From positions 48,174,001 to 48,238,000 of the forward strand of contig OZ024742.1 of the NCBI GenBank assembly GCA_964016885.1: a DNA stretch of 64,000 nt. Direction: 5' to 3'. The stretch comes from Eledone cirrhosa. Its lineage: Eukaryota. A model generated the notes under the pieces. That model ran no database searches. It was not told the origin of the DNA and was given only the letters and a program-made list of their open reading frames with translations. Both the position numbers and the translations under genes were made by a program. Positions within the stretch are counted from its first letter, which is position 1. Every line of letters begins with the position of its first letter. Positions 1 to 14,560 of this stretch are shown piece after piece.

Positions 1-1191
1 TCTATGATACACTTTTATTGGTAATTTCTACACTTTTCTTGCTAATAAACAACTAAAAAATCACGCAACAAATTGCGTTCTCGTAACATATTTTATGAAC
101 ACATCAGTGTTCAAAATTTACTAAATGTTTTGTTGTTTTTCTTCTCAAAATATAACAAAAATATCTTTTTGCTGAGCATGATACCATTTTTTCTTTATTT
201 CATTACAAAGAGCCAACGATGACTGCGGCACCACAAAAGTTCGGCGCCAGATTGTATAAGCTTATAATACAAAAAGTTCCTGTCTTTAAACAATGAAAAT
301 CTTGAAAATGGAATCCGTCAAATTATTGTTGAACGTATATAATGTTATTTCAAATTTTCGGGAAAAAATTTGTAATTTCATTTCAAATTTCTATGAGTAA
401 CATACATTACATCTAATAGTAATTAAAGTATATGAAAAAGAAAGAAACGCTGCACCAAAGTGCGTTGTAGTTCCAATATGAAGGAATGTTTATAAATGTG
501 GCAAATACTACATATTTGTTTTTTGCTGTAATTTTAAATATTCATTTGATTGAATATATTTTTTTCATCATTCATGTTTGATATTCAATTTTTATGAAGT
601 TTTATTTAATAAGATAATTTTATGTCTACATTTGTCACGGTGGATCACGTAATTAATAATTCATTACATGCAAAAGCAGGAAATGTAATTTCAGCTCTTG
701 TAGAAAGTCATATATATACCTGGATATAAAAAAACAGTGAAATATAGTCTTTTGCAAGAATACGTTGTTGGAAGAAGTGTCTGGTATGGAAATCTGCCAT
801 TTTTGGTACGTCACTTCCTTAACATTAATATAGATATGTTATGACTGAAAGGTCATATGTCGCTTCTGTCTGCAACATATAAGTTTACGATATTTTACAA
901 GATTACCAACTGATATTTTACCAATGGATATAACCTGTTGGTTTTTGCAATTCGTTATACATGAATCTGCATATGGGTATTAAGGAAAAAACGATATCGT
1001 CTGTTACTAAGAATGTTCTGAATGCCAGAAATTAAATAATTATACGAGGAGCAATACATCTATAACTTCCATCACTTCAAACAAAGAAAGAACGTTTTTT
1101 TTCAAATATAATGAAAACTTGGATTTATACATAAATGCCCTCTATGAAAAAAAAATTAAATAAATAAGCACATTTACTTACTTGCCACCTC

Positions 1192-1440
1192 TTGCAAATA
1201 CAAGCGGCCACAATTGGTTTTCCTCTGAAGGGTATTGGAGTAACACTACTCGATAGAGTGCTACTGTGCAAATCAGAGAGTCACTCCAGGAAGAGGCGCT
1301 ACTTCTACGAATGTGTTTAGAATCTCTAGACAGATATAACGGAAAAATCCAAACGGTGGGAAACCCAGGAGTAGACCCCGAGCAAGCTGGTTTGATAACA
1401 TCCAGGAGCTCGGCTGGTTCCATCAGATGACATTCTTCCA
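1192..1440 (+). mobile_element. RTE-clade LINE 3' ORF2 fragment (degenerate)
   Basis: Plus-strand translation with frameshifts gives QIQAATIGF..GVTLLDRV..IRESLQEEALLLR..PNGGKPRSRPRASWFDNI, which matches the RTE C-terminal pattern. Same family as 23822-24237. Confidence 0.7.
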
Positions 1441-1594
1441 AATTATTAATTAATATTCACCTATTAGTAAATGCAAACAGTCCTCTCATTTACCAGCATG
1501 GTGTAGGTTTGCATGCATGTGTATAAATGTCGCTAGTTATAGCAGCTATATATCATGTCTATCAACTTAATTAATATATATACAGTGTGTCCCA

Positions 1595-1631
<37 letters not shown>

Positions 1632-1647
1632 TACACACACACACGCG

Positions 1648-1691
<44 letters not shown>

Positions 1692-2189
1692 TATATAAAT
1701 ATAGAGAGCTTTATTCGATTTGTGATATTTTGCATTCTCGCAATAATACACAACTGAATCATTCGCTTAATAGAGGTGTTACCTCCCTTGCTGAATCCCA
1801 CGAGGGGTCAGTAATAGCCACACTATCTATAGCATCTTGGAGCAAAACCCGTTGATAACACGACTGCCTTGTTCATCATCTCACCAGAAGCCCAACATTC
1901 TTTATGTAGGCGGACAGTACCTGATTTGGAGTCGCAGAAACCAATACTGGATTTTACCATCAGTCCAGGGTCCGGGAAAGTATCAACACATATATTTTTA
2001 TTGTTTGACCCGAAATACTTGGTCGTTTTGTTTTGGCTGTGCCGATGATATGTTTAACCATCATCTCAGTGTGTTTGGCCCTTAACGTATGTTGTAGCTC
2101 TGATTCATATGATTCATCGAGCGCTTGCCACACATATCGGACGTTGATTTTCGTTAATTCCTGAGCTGAAAACGATTCTCGCTAATTTA

Positions 2190-2246
<57 letters not shown>

Positions 2247-3074
2247 TAAATATCAGGTAGATTTCATAAAGTGGAATGAAGTCGTTGTCTGTTAACTGAC
2301 CTTCTGATTTCAGAAGATGTTCAGAAAATCATCAAAATTGATATAAGGAAATAACGAAGACATTTTACTTGCTAATGAGAACAATATGACATGACCTTAA
2401 ATTCACAGGAAGTTCTTATTTCCGAGTAAATCGGAATGTATAGGGTTCATCTCGTTGTTATTGTTGTTGCCCATATATCTCAGCAATGAACAGATAATCA
2501 GAAGTATTCGACTATTTTGTTTATCTGGGACAATACATTCTTTCATTTTTCATTATGATTGAATCTGCTATGATCGTGATAAAAGTTCTATGTATTTGTA
2601 GCAATTACATCAACGTCCTTTTCTAGAGTCGTGAAAGTTGTGTTAATGAATTTGCTGCACTGTTTCGCTCTTTCAGACAAAGAATTATACATAATGTCAG
2701 ACCCATTACCAAAAGTGTAACACATCGTACATTAGAAAAACGCTATAAATATTGTTTCCATAACTAAATTTATGAGCATCGATTGTATTTCGAGACTGGT
2801 GATCAGGTACAAAAACTATACAAGTACAAGCCTGCCTGCAATTAGACAATTTGTTTCTTAGGTACATTAACTTCTCGGAATTCTTTCTTTAATTGGTCTA
2901 CATGTTATCAAATGTCTACCAAGCGAAAATGGAGTTTCATTGCATTTTAACTAGTTGTGTATATATGTGCGTTGAAAATGTATACATACGCACTCACATT
3001 CATACACATATTTATAAACACACGCACACACACATATTTATCCATACATAAATTTGTATACACATACACCAATA

Positions 3075-3122
<48 letters not shown>

Positions 3123-3199
3123 GCTACACACACACAAACAAACAAACACACATATATGTATATATATATATATACTTATATATATATATATATGTGTGT

Positions 3200-3292
<93 letters not shown>

Positions 3293-3402
3293 GGTGTGTG
3301 TGTGCTATGTCTGATCAAGCCATATCTAGAATATATCGCACTCTTTTCAAACCACCACAATCTATGCTTAATGACCTACCATTTTAACTAAATACCTGTT
3401 AT

Positions 3403-3540
3403 GTATATCTAAATAACATTACCTTTCTCTATATATCTACATAAACATTAGCTATTAGTGTATATTTACATAAATATTGACTATTTCTGTATATATACAT
3501 AAACATTGACTATCATTGTATATATACAGGTACATTAACT
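3403..3540. repeat. ~29-bp minisatellite, about 5 degenerate copies
   Basis: Recurring TATATACATAAACATTGACTAT-like unit. Confidence 0.65.
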
Positions 3541-3881
3541 TGCGATATTACACTTTCTTCCTTCTATCACATAGTTTCCACTATCAACGCGTAGAAACGA
3601 TAAATCGAAGAAAAAGGAATCAGGCAGAGAACACAACATGTCACGCTCTTACTGTATATTCGAGATAATTCTGTGCCTAATTATAACTGTTTTAATCCAC
3701 CAGATGTTTCGCCTGATATTGCTGATGAAATGGCAGTGATAATAAAGTAAAATCGTGTGACACACACTTCTACTTAGATCAAAAGCCACTTCATAGAATA
3801 TTTCTATATAATCAACGTTTAGATAAGTAGCTTTCAAATGGACAGCTACACGCACAAAACACACACACACGTGCATACGCA

Positions 3882-3985
<104 letters not shown>

Positions 3986-4134
3986 ACCAAAAGTTAAACA
4001 AGGTTCATTGATTAATCAATGAATATAGTTTTACAATAGATTAGAAGCACTCAACAGTTAAGTTTTCTGGTGTTATTAATATTGGTATTAATTCAAATCT
4101 CTCTCTCACCCTCTCTCGCTGTATATATATATAT

Positions 4135-4290
<156 letters not shown>

Positions 4291-4294
4291 GATT

Positions 4295-4376
4295 GAAAAT
4301 AGACCGAGAAACGAGACTGTCCATCATGAGTGGTCTGTGACTATCATTGGTATTTCTTCGCATTAAAGACCAGATA
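4295..4376 (+). mobile_element. Fragment of the repeat family at 6934-8137
   Basis: GAAAATAGACCGAGAAAC...CATTGGTATTTCTTCGCATTAAAGACCAGATA is shared with the 6934-8137 units. Flanked by (TA)n. Confidence 0.75.
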
Positions 4377-5102
4377 TATATACATCCATATTCATCGAAA
4401 GCCAATCTGTCGGAAAGGATTAACTTGCATTTGTAAATTCTATATAACATTTACGACCATAACTACACACATGTATGCATGTTTGAGTGCATGTTGGTTG
4501 TATATATGTGTGTCTGTCACTTTGTTATCTTTACATACGTGTGCCTATATGTGCATTTGTGAGTGGCTGGCTATGCGGGAACGGAAGTTTTTCTTGAAGT
4601 ATAATTTTGTCTAATTGAAGCTGGTCATATTAACTATCATTAAAATGTGTCTAGATACCAGAGTTTATAAAACAGAGTCTAATATTACATTGATACTAAA
4701 TAAATGTCTATAAAAAATATATAAATATCTTATAATATATGTATACATCTTTGTGTCTTTAAGTAAACTGATTGATCGTGTCAGGATCATGTTTAAAACA
4801 AAAATTTACGCTTCATACCGAGATTTGAAATATATAGCAAAGTGATTCCTGATGAGCTTTAGAAAAGAGAAATAGTTTGTCTGATCTTAATCTCATGCTA
4901 TCGAATATCTAATTTCCCAGAAGACTTGGTAAAATCCGTTCTGTTGGAATTCTGGTAACAAGAAACCCAAAGAATCATCACGGCAATCTCACCGTAATTT
5001 ACATAATGTCATACTCTACCTTACACACACGCACACATACAGAACTACATACATATCTATCTCTCTCAGTCACTCACTCAATCTCCCTCTCACTCTCTCT
5101 CG

Positions 5103-5144
<42 letters not shown>

Positions 5145-5199
5145 ACACACACACACATATATATATAAATATAGATAATACTGTTGTTGTTACTGTTGT

Positions 5200-5248
<49 letters not shown>

Positions 5249-5251
5249 TAT

Positions 5252-5421
5252 ACCTCTTGCTTTCATTCACCTCTCTGCTGGTCACCCACTCTATCGGCTG
5301 GCCTCTTTCACTCACTCACTCTCTGCTGCTCCCCCTCTCTCACTTCCTCCCATCTGACCTATGTGAAATTCTTTTCTCTCTCACTCATCGCGTGGCTCGG
5401 ACGTATCTGCCTCTTCTCATT
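5252..5421 (-). mobile_element. Inverted fragment of the repeat family at 6934-8137
   Basis: Reverse complement matches about 7590-7770. Abuts (TA)n. Confidence 0.75.
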
Positions 5422-5951
5422 ACGCCCCTTTTTTCATTTTTCTTTTTTCCTTTCACTTCATAAACCTTGTTTGTAAATAACATTTTTCTTTCTACACCAT
5501 TTCTTTAACATGTCCAACACCACCATTCTACACCAATACATATTATTATAATTTGATAATGCATAAAAATGCAGAAACGGGTAATAGACAATTATTAAAT
5601 ATATAAATAAATAAATGCCATTGTTAATTAATAAATAAATCAACTAATACCTTAACACTTCAGACAAAGTAAAAGAGAGAAAGAAATAAAAAAGAAAAAA
5701 AAAAATGTTTCTTCCTGTTTTCATATATATATATATATATATATATAAAAATGTTTCTCCCTGTTTTCATATATATATATATATATAATATGTTGAAAAG
5801 GTAACACACCAGAGAGAGATACAGTGCGTTATCAATAATACAGGGAAAAAACCACTAGTGTATGGAATCTATAACCTATAAAAGGCAGACTATAGACACG
5901 ATAATTAAAAATATAAATTAAAGCGTAAATAAATACCTCTATAACTATATA

Positions 5952-6031
5952 ACACACGTACAAATCTAAAGATATGTTTCATCAAACATTTCTTGAAAGA
6001 AATGGGTTAGTCTCGGTTCATCAGCGTGTGT
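5952..6031 (-). ncRNA. Type I hammerhead ribozyme (family A)
   Basis: Minus strand: ACACACG-CTGATGA-stem II-GAAAC-ATATCTTTAGATTT-GTA-CGTGTGT. Perfect 7-bp stem I. Confidence 0.85.
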
Positions 6032-6564
6032 AAGGCCATACATTTCAGACAACACTAAGATCATTTTAAAATTGACTGTCCAGCTACACGTGGGAGAGAG
6101 AAGTCACAGCGTGTTTAAGGGCAGTGAACCAGTGGCCTCTGAGGGACGAACTGCTAGAAAGGGCAGCCCAAAGCCACTCAGAGAAGTGTGCTCAACCAAA
6201 CAGAGTTAGGAAAGACTGTTATTAGGAGCGAAATATCACGATAAATTAACGGAGGCATAGCCCATCGATATTCCCTGTAAATAATGTGCTCAAAGGAGAA
6301 GAGATCCTGAGCACTTTAAAATACAATATGTTGAAAAGGTAACACACCAGAGAGAGATGCAGTGCGTTATCAATAATACAGGGAAACATTTCGCTCCTAA
6401 TAACAGTCTTTCCTATCTCTGTTTGGTTGAGCACACTTCTAGTAGTTCGTCCTTCTGAGGCCACTGGTTCACTGCCCTTAAATACGCTGTGACTTCTCCC
6501 TCCCACGTGTAGCTGGACAGTCAATTTTAAAATTCTCTTAGTTTTGTCTGAAATGTATAGCCTT

Positions 6565-6644
6565 ACACACGCTGATGAACCGAGACTAACCCATTTCTTT
6601 CAACAAATTTTTGGTGAAACATATCTTTGGATTTGTACCTGTGT
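6565..6644 (+). ncRNA. Type I hammerhead ribozyme (family A)
   Basis: ACACACG-CTGATGA-ACCGA...TTGGT-GAAAC-ATATCTTTGGATTT-GTA-CCTGTGT. One stem I mismatch. Confidence 0.8.
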
Positions 6645-6894
6645 TATATAGTTATAGAGGTATTTATTTACGCTTTAATTTATATTTTTAATTATCGTGT
6701 CTATAGTCTGCATTTCATAGGTTATAGATTCCATACACTGGTGGTTTTTTCCCTGTATTATTGATAACACACTGTATCTCTCTCTGGTGTGTTACCTTTT
6801 CAACATATTGTATTTTAAAGAGACTCAGGATCTCTTCTCCTTTGAGCACATTATTTACAGGGAATAGCGAGGGCCTATGCCTCCGTTAATTTAT

Positions 6895-6932
<38 letters not shown>

Positions 6933-6933
6933 C

Positions 6934-8137
6934 AATGAAAATATACCGAGAAACGGGACAGTCTATCATCAGGGGTCTGCTGACTATCATTGGTATTTCT
7001 TCGCATTAAAGACCAGATACCTCAAAATCAGTGCAAGCAATAACTAAAATAAGGTATTGGGACAGAGCGAATTGGGTGGAGAAAGAGAGACAGTAAACAA
7101 TCAAAATAGTAATGCAACGTAAATAGAGGAAATGAGAGACAAGTCAATGATACTTGTGGACTTAAGTCGTCCGAACAGATCAATCGACGAGAGGAGGCAG
7201 ACACGTCCGAACCACGCGAAAAGTGAGAGAGAAAAGGGTTTCACACAGGTCAGACGGGAGGAAGTGAGAGAGGGTGAGGAGCAGAGAGTGAGTGAGATAT
7301 ATATATATACATACATATGTCAATGAAAAATGGCGTGCTGCGTTGTTGCGAATGTGAACATATGAATGAAAACAGGAATGTCCATCATCAGTAGTCTGCT
7401 GATTGTCATTGATATTTCTTCGCATTAAAGACTAGATACCTAAAATCAGTGCGAGCGACAACTAAATTATTTATCGGGAGAGAGCGAAAAGGAAAAAATA
7501 AACAAACAACATGGTAGTAATGCAACGTAAAGAGAGGAAAAGAGACAAGTCAATGAATCTTATGGGTTTAAGTCCGAACAAATCAAATGACGAGAAGATG
7601 CAGACACGTCCGAGCCACCCTAAAAGTGAGAGGGAAAAGAATTTCACACAGGTCAGACGGGAGGAAGTGAGAGAGGGGGAGTAGCAGAGAGTGAGTGATT
7701 GAAAGTGTGAGGAAGAGGCCAGCCGAGGGAGTGGGTGACCAGCAGAGGGGTGAATGAAAGCAAGAGGTACAAGGAGAGAGAAGGGAGAGAGAGAAAGAGG
7801 ATAGCAGTAAGGTGACAGAAAAAATATGAACCACAGCGACGGGTAAAATATATATGTGAATGAAAAATGGCGTGGTCCGTTTTTGCGAATGTGAACATAT
7901 GAATGAAAATAGACCGAGAAACAGGACTGTCCATCATCAGTATTCTGCTGATTATCATTGGTATTTCTTCGCATTAAAGACTAGATACCTAAAATCAGTG
8001 CGAGCGATAACTAAATTAATTTATCGGGACAGAGCGAAAAGGAAAAAGTAAACAAACAACATGGTAGTAATGCAACGTAAAGATAGGAAAAGAGAGACAA
8101 GTCAATGAATCTTGTGGGCTTAAGTCCGAACAAATCA
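6934..8137. mobile_element. Tandem array of three partial copies of a ~540-bp (TA)n-associated repeat
   Basis: Copies start at about 6934, 7323 and 7859 and share CATTGGTATTTCTTCGCATTAAAGAC and AAGTCAATGA..GTCCGAACA blocks. Confidence 0.8.
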
Positions 8138-8372
8138 GTTATTTCAAGAGAATAGTATATGATTACTAAATGAATATTGCACGGATTTACAATTGCATTC
8201 ATTTATGAATTAGTAGCCTTTTTTTCTTGTTTCGTCTTTATTTCGCACTGTTCAAGAAGTATTATGTTCAATGCCGTATACTCTGGGAATATCCTGTCTT
8301 TGTGTGTGTGTAGTACTGTATGCTATCAATGAATGACTTCCTTCACGTTAGAAAGCAAATCACAGTGTTTAC

Positions 8373-8450
8373 CTGGGAGTGATCCGTTGCTGATTCTGCT
8401 TTCTGTTTCTAACTGCTCTAACCACTATGTAGTCTATTCCTTCATTGGTT
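8373..8450 (-). other. Candidate 78-nt internal exon
   Basis: Minus strand has a pyrimidine tract with ctctttcag| acceptor and a CAG|gtaaac donor. One open frame (TNEGIDYIVVRAVRNRKQNQQRITP). No homology recognised. Confidence 0.3.
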
Positions 8451-9107
8451 CTGAAAGAGATTTCTTTTCAGAGAGAAAGGGAGAGAGCGAGAGAGCGAGG
8501 GGGGAGATAAGGAGAGAGGTAGAGGGGGCGAGAATTGTGATATAGCAAGCCGATTAGAAAAGATAATTAAAGAATTATCGGAAATAATAATGAATTTAAT
8601 CAATTCAGGAAATATCAGATCACATTTAACTAATAGGTTTTCGGTTGGTTTAACGAAGCAGGTCTGAACAATTTCCCCCATAAATCATATGATACTCTTA
8701 TTCTCATTCAGCTTTATGTCATCTGTATTAAAGATGCATTATCTTTATGAAAATATTACAATCCTTCAGTAGTTAAATTGGATAGATATGGTTTAAGAGC
8801 AATTTGAATTTACAGAGATTTGCATCCGGAATCAAGCGATCGTACTTCATTGCATTTCATGCTTTACACAGCATACATTCATTTAAATTTATTTTCAAGA
8901 TTCGATAAAAGATAACCACAAATCTGATGCACAAAATTTGCTCTGGTATATTTTCTAAATTTTTCGTCCTAATTTGTTTTTAAAATAATGAAATTCAAAA
9001 GGATATATCGTATAAGTTGTCTTGGAGCAAAGTTAGTACTAAAGCTCTTCTTATATGGAATTTGCAATATACATTTTCATAAGACAATTTATCATGAGTC
9101 GAATACT

Positions 9108-9233
<126 letters not shown>

Positions 9234-12200
9234 CACAACTAAACATTCACAAGACGCTCATCTGATATCATTGGAATAATTCGTGCCTTAAAGGGAGATT
9301 CCAAATCGGAAACTCCTTTTACAGTGACTTGCCTTTCAATTTTCCTCACGCTTCTGCAAGCAGTGTTATCCTTAGCGTGTATATTTGATATACTGACATT
9401 CCAAACACTTGAAACCCGGTATTTATTAAATCATTACCTTATATCCACTTACTACATCTTTCCATATTTCTTACTGTTAAAATCTCTTATGACACGAACA
9501 AAAATTCCTAACCCTATGGCAACTTTTGTTAGGTCACTAGTTTCATCTTAACCAGTTCTATACTATCTAATAATGGTGATAAACTTGTAGATTTTCACGG
9601 CTTTATCGAAAACTTAGAGTGCAACTGAAATAATTAACAGGATTTACACATCATGTTTCTATTCATTCCATCCTCGTTAACGTACAATATATACACGTAC
9701 TTGAGACGCGCTGGCGCACAAAAATCCCACACATACACATACACACACATATATATATATATATATATATCCATAAATCCATGCACTTGTCAAAATGTGC
9801 ACCTGTAAGAAATACTCACGCAGTAAAACCGAAGTTTCACCAAGACATTTCTACGTTATTCTGTAACTTGCCATGCTAGATAAAGTTATTATTGTGAACT
9901 GTCTAGATAAATCGCAGTAAAAAGAATCAGTTATTTACATTGATAGAGACGTCAATCCATTACAACGAAAGCATCTCCCAGAATGAAGTTAAAAGCTTCC
10001 AATGTACTTTTTTTCTTTTGAAAATGGATATAGGCAATATTTTATGTATGAAAGTTTAAAAGGTGTCCAACGTTCAATACACACTGCTGTTGTATTTATG
10101 GACAAACATATACAAGAATATACTATATGAAATAACACCAGAACAGGAAACGTTACATATAGGCAGAAAAGCAGCTATACATGGCACATGTAACTACTAT
10201 CACAGCGATATTCTATACTAGAGAATTGTATAAAGAATCTATAAAATCACTTCGAAATATTAAAATATATATTTTGCACGCACATGCCACAGAAAAATAA
10301 AATACACATTTCAGAACACCATAAATTGGACATAACACCAAGGTTTAATACCTCCTCACGTGAAACAATATTTTACCCAACTCAAGAAAACATAGACGCA
10401 AATGGTATTGGTGCAGTGTAACTAGTGCATAGAACTAAGAAAATTAGATCATTCAATTTCCAGCTGTTTTATTAGGGGAAATCTAAAGGCATTTCATTTG
10501 ATTCTTATTCAACCATTCATATCTCGTTGAAACTTTTTTTTAACTTCTACCTTTTCTTATCGGCACATCTGTTTATTTTTATATCCGGAACAAGTAAATG
10601 CTACTATCAATGATAAACAAATGCTCTCTCATGAAATTTAAAGAATGTTCTTGGATAATTTTCAAATTATTATTAGTGTCTTGTTACAAACATAAATTAC
10701 TATTTTGGTGATATGTTACTTTATATACCCCAGCCTGATGTATGTCAAACTCGGGCTCGGTGTTATCAATTAAGTTACTATATGTTTTATGTCTTTTTAT
10801 TCGTTGCTCATTGCATTTTATTGGTGCGGCACCACCACATCAAAGAGAGTGAATGCAACACCAAGAGAAAGAAAAAGAAACAACGTTGTAATGACAGATT
10901 TATAATACATAAAAAACCCCAGAAAATAAGAGTACTTGTGTTGCTGGATTGTTCTTTAAAAGCAAGTATTAATAGTCAAAATGACAATTTTAAGATAATT
11001 TAATTTGGTTAACGTATTAGTTAGAGACTGGTAACTTCACAATTACAAATAAACCTTCTTCAGTTGTTCTCTTCCCTCACAGTAAATAATCACCACAGAT
11101 AAAACAGCGACAAATTTCCAGCTGTTCATGTGTTAGTTTCACATCGGAAGAATTCCTTTCCGTTTCTTTCCTGATATTCCCTAAAAAGAAATTCGTTGAT
11201 GAAATGTTTCGAAATATTTTCCACTCTTTATCACAACATCTGTTTCAGTTAGATCGACAAAACCACCCACCGCTACTGTCAGGATTTTCATTTCAAATTT
11301 AAAGAAATTTCTATGATACTTTACATATAAATTCCTGTTGAATTATATAATATTTACAAAAAAATGTAAATTATTTAATGTAAGGGAAGGCGGACAGGCT
11401 CCACACCCCGGCACTCCAGTGCAGGCTTTTGAATTAATGTGTATTTTATATTTTCATTCGCGCTTGGATATAACTCTGTTGAATATGGCTTTTCTTATAT
11501 TTTGAATTATAAATTTTACTCTCTAATTAATTATTTTTTACTTCCGATACATATATTTCATTTGAGGCTGAAATAAACTTCAATGGAGAACAACTTTTTG
11601 AAAAATTCGTATGACGTGGGAGTTCACTTTTTACTCATCTGAGACAGATAGCAATAAATGACACACATCTCATCAAAGAAAATGGGAAAACTATAAATCT
11701 ACGGTGAAAAATCAGGATGCATGTGATAAATGAACGTAAAAATCTTCAAGGACATAAATAATTACTGTACTCATTTTTTTTCTATTAATTGATATCAGTC
11801 AGCAAGGTTGCAGATATATATAAGGGTTTTGCAGTCTTAGCAGCTGACGCATCAAACAAACACACACACACACTCTTTCTCTCTCTCCCTCACACACGCA
11901 CACACACACACACACACACACACTCATATATATATATATATATATATATACATTCATATACTTATATATTTTTCTGTGTTTTCCAAATTATTTTAATATG
12001 TTCATGATACATTGTAAAGTGCAAGCATAAGATGAATTATTAATTGTATTCGGTGCAGTGTTAGATGCTGAATATTTCATTCGGTGGATCATAATCGCTT
12101 TACGTGTGCTATATTCGTTTACCTCTATACCGGTGATGGGAGGATTTACGAGAGAATTAGATTTTAATATTCTACTTCTGAGAGTGTGAACTACGATCCA

Positions 12201-12446
12201 TGTTGAAAGATCTCTGGGAGTAAGTGTTTCGCTCTTCATGGGATCATTTAGAGTAGAGTTAAATTTGCAAAATCGTTATGTGGGGTTGAATGTTTTTTTA
12301 AATTATATTTTAGGATATGATAGTATTTTTTAACGTGTAATACCTGGAATATATATGTTTTTTTTTATTCTAGCAAACACTACGTTGTGTGTTAGTATAG
12401 ATATTAAATAATATTTAAATGTGTAAATATCAAATAATATTTGGAG

Positions 12447-12730
12447 AAAATAAAGTACCAGTAATGAACTGGATATTTGCTGACCTTGTGCCAAAAATAG
12501 AAACAATTATACATATAAGTTCTGTCTTTTCTGTGTCCTGCTTATTAGCCGATTAGTATATGTCCGAGTTCGAATTGGCAGAGTCGCTCGAACGCCAGAT
12601 AGAATAATTTGCGCTATTCGTTTTGGCTCTCCACTTCCTGAGTGCAAATTCTATCGAGGTCAACTTTGCTTTTCATCCTTTTGAGGTTGAAGTAATAGTA
12701 CCAGTCTATTACTGGGTCGATTCTTTCCCT
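12447..12730 (+). mobile_element. Two degenerate SINE fragments
   Basis: AAAATAAAGTACCAGTAATG..CCTTGTGCCAAAAATAGAAACAATTAT tail, then GAGGTCAACTTTGCTTTTCATCCT core. Confidence 0.7.
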
Positions 12731-14129
12731 GTCTCTCTTTGAAAGTTCCATTATCTTACTATTTGTCATTCTTGGGAATAAATCTACTGTACATGCAGAT
12801 GGGCTCCGCCAGGTTTCAAAATGTCCCAAGAAATGTCACCTACGACGCTGTCAGGAATTACGAGAGTATGCATGCATATATTCAAGTGCATGATGGGCGG
12901 AAACGAAACAGTTTTTCGGAGCAAGTGAAATAGCAGAAGTTGTGAGTTCTCTGTCTCTCTTTTTGATTACTGTCGTGGGGTGGCGTAGTTATTTATTTTG
13001 GTGAGTGACAGTCTGGTGGTTAGATGCTGATCGGCAACGAGATATTTGGCTTTTGATATTTAGAGGTTGCACGGACTGAGGCATATATTTTCTGATTAAT
13101 TTAGTTCGGTTTGTCCATTTAGTTTTCAGTTCTAATTTACACCATTTATTTTTTAATTTTCTTGGTTTCAATGGTGAATTTTAACGTATATTGAGAAGTG
13201 GATTTAGGATACTAGCGTTGGTTTGGTTAGACGCGGTTTTGTTGCTGGCTCTAAAATTAATCCTTTTTGTGAATTATTCTGTCATTACTGGGATTATAGC
13301 TGTTCCTTAGAATCAAACGTAACAATATGTTGTGCATGACCTATCGTTCTTCGTGTTAGTATAATATACTGTCATTCCGACACTATACAAGTCAATGACG
13401 AAACATTTATGCTGAAGCTGACGTTGCGAGAAATATACATTTCTCTTTCATTTCACAATCACTGATCATAAAAAGAACAAAGACACATCGAATAATAAAC
13501 TTTGAAGCCATGTTTAAATAAGATTAAAGTCAGTGCTAAACTTGCATGTCTTTTATCACAGGTCGTCTCGACTTGGGCTGATCTCGAGGTGAAACAACAA
13601 CGAAAGTACACTGCTATGATCAAGGTGGAATAATTAATTAACTTATTATGAGTAACTATGATTGGTAATGCTGAGGTCAATTCGCAAAGTGGATTAAGAT
13701 AAGAATGGAAAAATAGTGACTTAATTTCGTACCAATGTGACTTATTATAACACTAATTACGTTAAATGCTTTCACATCCGTTATTTGCTTGAAATAAACA
13801 GTAATTCATTATAACAATGATTATTGATTTATATTTAATTCTTCATTTCATTATCTGTATTGTCATATGTTATTATTATGATTGTATTTATATTCATTAA
13901 TTTTTTTATTAAAGTTGTCATTAGTTTTTTCTTGATATGAACTGAAGAAAAAATCACTTTTCATTGAATTTGATTTGATCTAGTTTTAACACGTTACATC
14001 TCCTATAACATGATTATTGCTTTCACTATTTGATTTGACTAGATGTTAAGCATGAGTATATGAGTATATAGAAAAGGTAATAGATTGAACATGCAAATTG
14101 GCACGAAGTGTACTTATTTCCACGACTCG

Positions 14130-14560
14130 GTTGCTGATTTAAGCACTAGTCCAACAATTGTGAGTGGAGGGAGATGTTTATTAAATCGACCCCAGTGCAT
14201 TTATGTTGCTTTATTTTATCTATCCCGTAAGGAGGAAAGGCCAACCTAACCTGTTCTGGATTTGAACTCTCTATGCCACACAGCATGTTGTTCGACGCAC
14301 TACCGATACTGCCAATCCACCGCCTGCCTCGACTTCATAAGAATGGTTCTTGATTCAGACACATGGCCGACAATTATTGGGGGAAGGGTGTATATTTTTA
14401 TAAATCGACTCCAGTACGTTAATGGGGATTTATTTTATCGACCCCGTATGAAAGGTAAATCTAACATTGGCGGGATTTGACCTCAGAATGTAAAGTGCCG
14501 TAACTCTATGCTACAAATCATAATGACCTACGCTATAAAGATACTACCAATCCACCGCCT
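14130..14560 (-). mobile_element. Two tandem tRNA-derived SINEs (about 14130-14325 and 14341-14560)
   Basis: Reverse complement starts AGGCGGTGGATTGG(C/T)AGTATC and has a GTTCAAATCC-like B box and the same core as 41908-42650. Confidence 0.8.

Larger units (their letters stand above)
5788..6900. mobile_element. Non-coding Penelope-like/retrozyme-like element, family A (fold-back with partial tandem)
   Basis: 5788-6387 is about 1.1 tandem units on the minus strand (period 538; TGTTGAAAAG at 5791 and 6329). 6388-6900 is one unit on the plus strand. Both ends lie in (TA)n and each arm has a hammerhead. Confidence 0.85.

Noticed and set aside
2038-2133. Possible decayed hammerhead (CGATGA...GAGCGCTTGC) in a TA-flanked segment 1745-2188
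   Set aside because: Both core boxes are damaged.
4842-4886. Hammerhead-like CTGATGA-GCTTTAGAAAAGA-GAAATAGTTTGTC
   Set aside because: All three stems are imperfect. It may be a decayed copy but cannot be supported.
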